Shown: piece after piece, positions 54,326 through 64,000 of the stretch | Position numbering within the stretch: the stretch's first letter is position 1 | Layout: each line of letters starts with the position of its first letter | From: Cenococcum geophilum | Lineage: Eukaryota | DNA: 64,000 bases | Assembly: GCA_050273025.1 (NCBI GenBank) | Contig: CP158635.1 | Location: 19,220,001 to 19,284,000, forward strand | Direction of reading: 5' to 3' | Position numbers and translations under genes: made by a program | Notes under the pieces: generated by a model | Told to the model about the DNA's origin: nothing | The model's input: only the letters and a program-made list of their open reading frames with translations | Databases searched by the model: none

Positions 54326-55289
54326 GTATATATATTACTTCTTAATTCTTATACTTAGGTCTTTAAATTACACTTCTTAAATTCTTCTTATTTAATTACT
54401 TTCCGGTAGCTTATATTTTTAAGTTATTATAATTTTAGAATAATTATACCTAATTAATCTATTACTATCTCTGCGTAGTATTGCTCCTAATAGTTTCTTA
54501 TTATTTTATAATTTAGCCTTTTAGCTTAGTACGTCTACCCTTATATTTTTAGTTCCCTTAGTATACTAAATCTTAAAATAGTATTCTATAAGCATCTCCG
54601 CCTATCTAACCTATCTCTAATTGAGTTCTTTTATTATTAGGAACCCCATTAGGTTTTTATAGTCTATCTTAACTATAAATAGTTTCTCTATACCTTATAA
54701 GAATACTTTTTATTCCTTAAGTACTATAACTATACTTAATAACTTCTTATTATAGATATTATAGTTTAGTTCTAGTAATATTATTTTCCAACTATAGTAT
54801 GCTATACGTTTCTATACTTCTATAGTAAATATACTCCTAGTATAAAGTCTAATATATTTATTTCTACAACCGTCTTTAGTCCTAGTTAATAGATTTTAAG
54901 GATTAGTTTCTAGGTAAATAACTTCTTAAGTTCCTTAAATTATTTCCTTTGCTTATTTTCCTAAACCTATAGTTTCTCTTTTTTTATAAGCCTTATAAAC
55001 GGTTTAATATTCTTTAACTATTATGCTATATACCTTTTATAGTAGTTATAAAATCTTAAAAATAACCTTAATTACGTTATATTTTCTAGTTCTTACTAAC
55101 TTACTATAGCTTTAATCTTCTTTAGGTTTATATTAATATAACTTAGCTTAATAATAAATTTAATAAAATTAGTCTTCTTAGTAAAGAACTTGCATTTCTT
55201 AATTGCTACTAGTATCTATTCTTTTTATAGTCTCCTTAAAACCTATTTAACGTGTTCCTTATATTCTTTCTTAGAACAGGAGCTCTTAC

Positions 55290-57541
55290 TACACCCGGCC
55301 CAAAAAGACCAAAACCAACCAAAAAGAACCCTGAAAAACACCCAGAGAATCCCCCTAAGATGTATGCATCGCAGGGGAGGCACACGTTAACCGACGGTGG
55401 CTTGCACTCGCGCGTAACCGCCAGATCTACGCCTAATAACGGCCCTCTACAATAAAGATAGGCGAATACCACACTATAAAGCGGAAATACCTCTATTAAG
55501 AAGGCATCTAATAAAATATAAAGCCTACTAGACGCGTCTAGTATCTAGAATTATAGGGGAGTAACTATTAGCTATAATGAACTAATATAGCTAGTAGAAT
55601 AGCTTCGCTAGTCTAGCGAACCTTAGGCGCCCCTTTAGTAAACCCTTAATTAAATCCTCTAACGGCTAAGTAAAATTAAAAATAAATAAAAACCCCCTTT
55701 ACCGGTAAACCGTACCTAGGCCACTGTAGCCGCGCTTTTATAGCATAGGGAACCTATTCCCCTTAAGATAATAACTAGGTATATAATTATAATATAACCA
55801 AATATAGAAAAAGTAGAGGGGCTTAGGAGATAATTAGAAATAGAAGTCCTTATAGAGATTTATAAAGAGGTTTATAATATAGTTATAGTCCAACACCTTA
55901 GGAGCGGAGATATTAAAGTTACCCTAAAGAACTAATAGGTAAAGAAATAAGCCGTAAGGGCGGGGGATAGGCTAGGAGAACGTATTGGTATAAAAGTGCT
56001 CTGCGAAGACTACCTAGTTAAAGTCCTAGCGGTTCCTATAAGCCTTAGGGTAAAAAAGGGACGCTAGGTAGATAATATAGCAACTATATAGGAGATAGTA
56101 AAACATATAGAACGCTTTATACTAGGCTTTAAGATTACCTAAATCTAATAGCTTTAATAGGAAAATATAAACTAAGTAAATAATAAGAATAATAAGAGGA
56201 TATAAGGGTCGCTAGGGAGACGCCGGTCAAATATATAGCTCCCTTATTATTAGTATATATACACTAGGAATATAAAAACTCCTTATCTAAAAAGGAATAA
56301 TTATAAATAGCCTTATATATAATGTAAGGCTTTATAACTATAGACTACGCCTAGAATAATGCTATCGCTATATATAATAGGGATACACCTAATCCACATA
56401 CGCAGTATAAGTGTGCTGCGGCTACTATGTAGGCCCTTATAATATAAGATACTACTTAAATTAAAATTAAATAAAATGCGTAAACTGCCACCGAAGCATA
56501 TATAAGGCGTAAAAGAGAGAAGACTGTATTAAATATAGGAGGCGGAAGATAAGGGCTTAATAGCTATGGGAATAACTGTGCGCTAGGTTATACGAATGGA
56601 AATAACAGGCGATAAGCTAGGGGGACGTAGGTGCCTTCCTAGTGTTTCCTACCTTTAGTATTAGGGGGCTAGGCTAGCTATCCTAAGCCTTAATAGGCCA
56701 GAAGCGGCGCCGCGTAATATTATTAGACTATATAGGGATATAAGGGTTATAGGGGATATAAGGGAGAGGACGCCCTATAGGAAGACCCCTATAGACAGCT
56801 ATAGTAAGCTTAAGACTAGGATAATTAAGAATTAGATTTAACGCGGTAAATATAATATTTATAGCCGACCTATAAAGGGTATATAGCCAGCTAGTAAAAA
56901 CAGGGGAGGAACTAGAGATAATAATAGATTTAGATATAAAAGCGCTAGTAGGAACATAAGATATAGGAATGGAAAGCTCTATATAAAATAAGTAGTGACT
57001 AGGGTATAAATATAAGAGATAGAAGTTCTAAATATCCTAGAGAAAGTAGAAATAGAAGAAGTAAGGAATAAAGGAAAGGCGAAGGACTCTTACTGGGGGT
57101 CCGCTACCTATCTATTATATAGTATAACTACAGTAATACAAACCACTGTCTTGTAAGGCCTTTACTAGACAGTCTAGACCTAGAAAAACACTATATCCTT
57201 ACTATATAAGAGCCGTACTACAATACCTATATATAATTAATATACTGCCCCTAAGGATTCTAGCTCCTATATAAACTAAAAGCAGCTATACGCGTGTACT
57301 TTATAATTAGTAAGGCTATTAGCCTATCCTTATAGTTATAGTAGGTAGTTAACCTAAATATTATAGTTATAATAATCTAGATATATAGGGGACCGGTATA
57401 AATTATTAATGTATATAACCCTAGGGTTAAAGGGGTCCTATAAATAGAGAATATTATATTAATAATAAGCTTACTAGAAACCGAAGGCATAGAGTTTATC
57501 CTATTAAGAGATATAAACCTCTACTACCTGCGGTAGGGGGG
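55290..57541 (+). mobile_element. Tad1-like LINE 5' part: ORF1 with three CCHC knuckles and ORF2 AP-endonuclease, interrupted by a Gypsy LTR
   Basis: CYR(C)..(W)G(H), CCGY(C).GP(H) and KCVNC..(H) at ~56360-56510. The endonuclease motifs are I(Q)YN, (A)I(Q)EP, INVYNP and LL(G)D.NL(HH)..(W)G at ~57110-57541. Confidence 0.9.
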
Positions 57542-58048
57542 TGTCACGGAACCCCACCGCAGGGGCCTCTATAGGAGAGCCCCGTACTCTCGCGTACACC
57601 TCGCGTACAGCTTATGTCAGCTACGCGTAGGTATATTACCTCCTTACGCCCTCGACCCTTACGATCAATCGCGCAACGTCTTGTAGACTCCTCAAATACA
57701 TACGCTTTATAGCCACTGCCCCCGTCCTATAACATTACGTTGCGCCTTTTTTACTACTAACGCTTAGCCTATAACCAATTCTATATCTTTATAATACTAT
57801 AGGCGCTGCTAAAAGCAGCGTGTCTATAAATTACCTCACTTTATACTCTAAGGAACCTATAATAGTAAGACAATATCCCTTACTAGCTACTATATTAAAC
57901 CTAAAGAATAATCTAATACCTATACCTAACCTACAACGCTAATTAATCCCAGGAGAATTTAATTTATTAGCCCTAGCCTTAACCCCTAAGGAGACGGACA
58001 CCGATAATGTCTTATTTTTTATTAACTATATAATTACGGACAAGTAAA
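57542..58048 (+). mobile_element. Second copy of Gypsy family A (complete 5' LTR 57542-57734 plus leader), running into the gap
   Basis: Reverse complement of the LTR at 37309-37501 and of the leader at ~43150-43455. Confidence 0.95.
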
Positions 58049-58148
58049 NNNNNNNNNNNNNNNNNNNNNNNNNNNNNNNNNNNNNNNNNNNNNNNNNNNN
58101 NNNNNNNNNNNNNNNNNNNNNNNNNNNNNNNNNNNNNNNNNNNNNNNN
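58049..58148. other. Assembly gap (100 N)
   Basis: Run of N. Confidence 1.
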
Positions 58149-60720
58149 TCCTTATCTAGCCTTTCCTCTCTATTATTAATAATTTAGTTAATTTTATATA
58201 GGCTCGTTATAAAGACCTTATTATCCTTCTAGTATATATTAAAGTAAAACGCTACAACGCTAATTGTGGTAATATCTATAGTAGGGGGGTTAACTAATAA
58301 TAGGGGCGTATGTAACTTTAGGGACTTCTAGGGTACTAGCATTATTATTACTCCTTTTAGCTCCTATTACATCTTTTAGAGGTTATCCCTTATATCCTAT
58401 TAATATATTCTTTTCTATAACGGTTAAATCTATATAATTTAGACATTATCTACATTATTATCTGTCCCGCTTCTATATATAAAGTCCTCTTTAAATATAG
58501 CGCTTCGGAAGAGTATCTTTATTAGTATAGAGTTCTTTCTAGCTTTACGGTAGGCGTCCTTTTAGGTAAAGGCTAGGTTATAGGCCCAGACATCCTACTA
58601 GTAGGTAGGGTTAGCCCTTACGGCTAGTATCTTGCGGTTAGTTTAGATCTCCCTAATAAAGGAGGGTAACCTTAGTCTATCCTCCGGCTAGATAAACCGT
58701 CTTTTTTATATATTTAACTAAATATTAAAATAGGATATCTATTTTTGTTTAAGGATTATATCGTAGAACCCTAGGTCTAGGATATAAAAGGGGATACTAT
58801 ATTAGCGTCGTCCGTTAAGAGCGATATATAACTTTAAGATATAGGTAACGGGCCGACCGGCTTAGCTATTATAGCCCTTTACCTAAATAGGCTTTTCTAG
58901 TTAGATAGCTTCTATATTTAAAAACTTGGCAATATTATTCGTATAGGCAGTATTTATAAAGGTAAAGCTATTTGCTCTAGTATTAATAAGGGCGGTTATA
59001 TTAACTTTATATCTATTTTAAGATACTATATATAGAACTATAAAATGCTTTCCACCTATTAACTAACTAAGATTAATCTCTTTAAGATTAATAGGGTACC
59101 CTAGGGGGAAGTCTTTCCCTAGGGTTCTTCTTTTCCCAACTTATTAGACGTTTCTCCTTCCTCTATCTCCTTAATATCGCCTATATCCTTTAGCTCCGGG
59201 CAGGATAAGGTAAAGTAACCTTACTTATTATAGTTAAAGCACGTAGCCAAGGCAGGGTTAATTAGAGTATTACGGCGAATATTAGTTAATAGCGTAGTAC
59301 GTAGCTAGTTAGGCGAGGCTCGCCAGTATATAGTTATAACCGCCTTTAGTATAAAAGTAGTTATAACTTATCTTCCTACTCTAGCTCCTATAAGTATAGC
59401 TAGCGAGTTCCAATTATTACGGAGTTACTTCTACCGATTAGGGCGGGCGTTAATCCACTTTAGTTCTAAGTTTAATAATAGGTAATAAGCTGCGAGTCTT
59501 TTGTAGGTTAGTAGGTTATTTAAGGTTATAGCGATCTTTTCTTATAGCCGGATTGTCAGCTTATTATATAGGTCTAATTGGTAGTTTTTAAAGGAAACCT
59601 AGCCTTCTCCTATAAGGTATAGGAATTAAGTCTAGAATTTAGCAAAGGGTTAATTTAGTTTTATTATTAGGTAATTATAATTATAACGGGCATCCTATAC
59701 TTTGTTTAGGTTAATATAAATAGCCGCTAGGTACCGTATTATCTCGTTAATAGATATAAATCGGACAGGGAAGTTGTTCTTAAACTTGGCTTAAAGGTGC
59801 CGTTAGGCGTCCCTAGTGGTTTAACCAAAGAGGTAGAGTATTTTAGCTTCTTTAAAAAGGAAATGGTTATAATTAACACGGAGCTTTCCTCGTACTTAAA
59901 TCCTCTAATTTTTAAAAGTAGGGTCTATCCCGTTAGATAGTGGTAGGGGGTTAGGGAGCTTAACGGACTTTAATTACTTCGTTATTATATCTATACTCCC
60001 TAGTATATTGTATTTAGTAGAGTAAATAGGTCGGCTAGGGCTTTAAGAAGGGGAAGCTGGGCTATTTTATAAGGCCGTAAGGCTTTCTAAGATCTCTTAT
60101 AGGGTCTCTTATATATTTCTTACTTTAAGACAATCAGCTTCCTAGATGGCTGTAAGGGCGCGAATCTGCTCGCGTATATCTACAATATTATTATTATCTT
60201 CAATTTCTAATCCTAATTAGATCTTAGGTTCCTCTTAGGTAAAGGCAGCTCTCTTAAATAAGCTTACTTTAGGTGCCATTGTTAGCTTCCTAAGGTTTAT
60301 TAGTATTATATACTTTAATTTTAATTCCGGGGGTATAGGTCTAGTCCTATTTAGCTTATAAGGTAGGATATTATCTAGGCCTTCCCAGGCAATATAGAGT
60401 TATTTTAGTATCTAAGTATAGCGCGTTAATGCGTTGTTGCAGATAAAGTTTCTTTAGGGTGGGATATTATTAAGGCCTTCCTAGGCAAGGTAGGGAGAGC
60501 TTAGTATAATGTCACGGCTTAAATAAATGCCTCTAAACCAAAGCTTAAACGAATGCTGTATTACTAAGATACTAAGCTAAAGAGAAGGAAAAGGGGTTGC
60601 TAGGACCGATGTAAATAAATATATAGGGTGAGCCGCCAAGGCGCTAGCTTTAGGCGGGCCAATTATAGGTCGGCAGAATTTGGCAGAATTTGGCAGGTAA
60701 TATGCGATAGCGCCGTTACA
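58149..60720 (-). mobile_element. Ty3/Gypsy retrotransposon (family C): 5' LTR, gag, protease
   Basis: 211-bp LTR at 60510-60720 (TGTCAC...GTTACA), gag start ATGGCACCT at ~60280, knuckle CFN(C)..G(H) at ~59230, and protease AL(VD)T(G)AN at ~58980. Confidence 0.88.
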
Positions 60721-61117
60721 GATCTAATATAAATTATATACCTTTTTACCTAAAATCGCGTGCGAAAGTACTTAGGGGCGGTTGCTACGCGACCTTATAT
60801 AGGGTTTAGGCGCGTTATTAATAGGGGTAGCCCTAACCTTATATTAACCTAGGTTATAACTACGCCAAATTAGCCCCCCTAATATGTAATAGGTATTAGA
60901 GGTCTGGGTTAGGCTTAGTATAACCTTAGGTTATGCACGACCCCCTAAGGTCCGCGACATATCGTCTAAATATTACCCCCCCCCTTTAGTGGTAGCCCCT
61001 ACTTTTTAGACGCGTTTTTAAGGCTTAGGTTAGTATTAGGTTAATATAAAGGGCCTTAGCGCGCCTTCGACCTTACTATTGCCTTAATAATCTATTTTCT
61101 AACCCTCTCCTATTTTT

Positions 61118-63862
61118 ATGCCCGCGCTAGCTTATATAGGGCTTCTGATTTTATATAGAAAGGCCTACTGTAATTATAATTGTATAATATAGAGCCCTCT
61201 TCTCCTTCTTCTCCTTCAATATTTACGCGTTCGGTGGCTTTATTTACCCACACCACGCTTACGTGTCTCCTCCTTACCTTTTACGGATATAGAGTCTTTT
61301 AAAAATCTCCTTACCCTATAGTCCACTTTACGGTTAACAAAAGCCCCCCTAGCCTCTTCCCCCTATAGCCTCTAGAGCGAATTTAAGGCCTAGATAGCAC
61401 GGCTATACAATATTTATAAGGCCTAGCGCTTAAAGAATACTATAAGGGCGTAAAAGCTAAAGTAGAAAGAGTAGGAAGACTAGTGTGTAAGACTAAAAGG
61501 CAATATAGATAGCGCCTAGGTAACAGAAGATAAGCTTTGCCTATTTTTAGAGCAGTAAGTTATTAACTAAGAATTACGGGCTGCTAGCTATTAAAAATAG
61601 AAGTTAAAACGGAAAGAGATATAGAAAGATAATAAGCGGGTAAAGAAGAGGTAAAAGATAGTTAAGCGGGCAGGGTAGCTAGGGGGGAAGGCAGCCGTAG
61701 GGGCAGCTATAGGGGCAGCTGTAGGTATAGGGGAGGAAGTTATAAAGGAGGAAGGGGAGATATAGGACGAGGAGGCCCTAGACGCCCTATTTAACGAGAT
61801 AGTCCAATAATTAGTTATAAATAGCTACGTCTTTACTATTACCGAGCTTTATATATAGTAGTTAGAAGGTAAAACCTTATAGCTACTATAGGGGGCAAAG
61901 CTCTTAGCAGTACTAGATAGCGTCTACTATAATAAGGACCAGATTTAATATATTAACTTTATTAATTAAGGCCTATTTATAATTACTAGCGGCTATAACA
62001 TTAAAGGGCTTAAAAAGGCAATTACTTAGTGCTAGGAGACGGGCTTTAAGATCCTAGGTTTAGTTAAGTCTTACCTTTAAACTGCAGCTAAGCATTTATT
62101 AGGTTCGTATATACCCTATCTAGTCTATACAGCTGCCGTTTTCTAACCCGTTCCTTAGGCCATACTACTATTACCCGTAGTAAAAGTAGATAAGACGTTT
62201 AGCTTACTAATTTTATCCTTATTAAACTAGAGAATAAAGGGCCTAAACTAGACGAGTTAGCGCTATATATAATTATGTTAATAATATAAAGGAAGCAGAA
62301 TTAGCACAGTAAGGTTAAGTATATAGGCTATATACAGAACACTAACCCTATTCTCTACCCCCTCTCTATAGTAGCCTTCTACTTCTTTAACCGCTAGGGT
62401 AAAGACGGCGCTAAGAGCTTCTTATCCTTTCGGCAGCTAGAGGAATACTATAACCTATACGTCTTCCCTAGCAGTATTGAAGTACCATAACGGCCGCTAA
62501 GCTATTATACGCAGTTTAAATAAAATAAAAAGATATTTTAGGGGGTAGGAATTTACTTAAAGGAAAAGACCTATAGCGCTTATAAGCAGAGCATTTAATA
62601 TACCAAGCTTAGCGGCGTTAAGGAGACCTAAATTAGACGGGCCAGATACTAGAATACAGACGCGATAACGGGAGCCTACCTTAGCTACCTACCCTATATA
62701 TTTATGCGGTTGATTACTAGCTTCCCAAAGGAAGGAAAGGGCTACTTTCTTCCCCACATACGGGAGGTGCTAGAGAAGGCCCTTTGTTTAAAGATATAGC
62801 CTAAGACTAACGTCTAGCTAAAACGTATAGAGGCCTACTACCTAGGTAGGGCCGATAATAAGGTCGTATAGCTTAACCTTACGGGCTTAGGGTTTCTATA
62901 CCTCCTCCGCGCGCTTAGGGTAATCCTATTATAGAATTTAGTAATTCTACACAAGCAGTTCCCGCTCTACCCCCTATAGAAGGACCCCCTCTTTAGCTAT
63001 AAGGAGTACCGGAGGTTTACCATATAGGTAGAAAGCTCGCTAGCTAACGTAGTTACGTTAAATAAGCTAATAATGCGGGAATACTAGCCCGCCTATAAGG
63101 CCGTAGCTAAGCTAAGATATAAGGCCGCGATCTCTAAAGTAAAGGGGGTTTAATTACGCGTGTAGATAATCTTAGAACGCCTTAGCAAAATAAAAAGGTT
63201 ATTAGCATTATTCGCACCTATATAAATCTAGTAAGGAAAGACGGGTATCTAGATAGGGCCTATAGAGTCTATATATCCACCTTTAGGCGAGCCTATACCG
63301 TCTACTATAACGTCTACTATATCCGCGCTACCTGCTTAGCCGTCTATAATATCCATACTGCCTGCTTAGCCGCCGTCTACAATATCCGCACCGTCCGCTT
63401 AGCCGTCTATAATATCTATATCGTTTACTTAGCCGTTTATAATATCTACACCGTCCGCTTAGCCGTCTACTATATCTATATCGCCCCTACTAGCGTAGGC
63501 ATAAGCTAATACTTAACTATCTCTCCTATTTATTTTTAATCTATAGGCGCCACTAAGGAAATATAAAATGCTTTAAGGCAGTAATTCGGTCTTCTAGCTC
63601 TAAATTAAGTAGACTTTAGGGCTAGCGGGTGGGCTGTTAATTAAACCTCTTAATTATTACTAGGGGGCACGCTAACGGGTTAACGGCGAGGCTATATTCT
63701 ATAGCCGTTGCTGTAGAATTATTAAGGATATAAGACGGCGTGTAGAAGACGGTATAGCAAAAGATAAGAGATAGGCTATTAACCAGCTAAAACAGCTACG
63801 AGGTTAGCATTCTTTAGATTGGCTTTGTAAGAATATTTAGGGTAGGGGAGGCTCCCTTTTAA
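61118..63862 (+). mobile_element. Crypton (tyrosine-recombinase transposon) gene with C-terminal GCR1-like domain, RIP-inactivated
   Basis: NT.RA(Y)..K(Q)KE(W)ED(W)C...VTEDKLCLFL, P.L(C)PLS.VAFYFFNR(W), and KT(H)SA(R)...IRRA(GHW)NTDA(M)TGAYLSYLP..FMR. The C-terminal domain reads Y.M.R...V.(Q)L(W).(EW)TLGLAG....L...(W)GAR(W)R. Confidence 0.88.
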
Positions 63863-63884
63863 GTAGTAAATAATACCTATTTTA

Positions 63885-64000
63885 CTATAGTAACTAAGAC
63901 GCCTTAATATAGGACTATATTAATAACCAAGACGTCTTAATATAGAACTACACTATAGTAACTAAGACGCCTTAATATATAACTGCACTGCAGTAACTAA
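63885..64000. repeat. 33-35-bp tandem repeat downstream of the Crypton ORF
   Basis: AGTAACTAAGACGCCTTAATATA... occurs at least three times up to the window edge. Confidence 0.8.

Noticed and set aside
54326..55280. Very AT-rich coding-like remnant between Gypsy B and the LINE
   Set aside because: Probably a TE fragment, but no diagnostic motif could be read.
55190..55472. Three short overlapping ORFs
   Set aside because: They span the GC-rich LINE 5' end and the start of ORF1.
61118..63862. Tyrosine recombinase as the Starship captain for the left block
   Set aside because: Its motifs and C-terminal GCR1-like domain indicate a Crypton. It also lies beyond an assembly gap and far from the block.

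Overview
Filamentous-ascomycete DNA from an AT-rich, heavily RIP-mutated compartment: TpA is in strong excess, CpA/TpG are depleted, and most stop codons are TAA/TAG where CAA/CAG/TGG would be expected. I found no intact protein-coding gene. The left ~34 kb is a dense run of RIP-destroyed non-transposon genes. These include an AAA+ ATPase, a FunK1 kinase, a Ser/Thr kinase, a HeLo-like N-terminal domain, a putative nuclease, the N-terminus of a DUF3723-type protein and several unknowns. They are separated by unrelated minisatellites, four of which share a 17-bp period. This is best read as the dead cargo of a giant multicopy element, probably Starship-like, although no captain or termini are visible. 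A foldback element, a 5'-truncated LINE and a young non-coding Copia-primed mini LTR element are inserted in it. The right ~30 kb is a nested TE pile: Copia, three self-priming Gypsy families, a solo LTR, hAT-like ends, a Tad1-like LINE and a Crypton. It surrounds one host membrane-protein gene split by a PIF/Harbinger insertion. All protein calls come from manual translation with mental reversal of RIP and recall of family motifs. No database search was run, and pseudogene boundaries are approximate.
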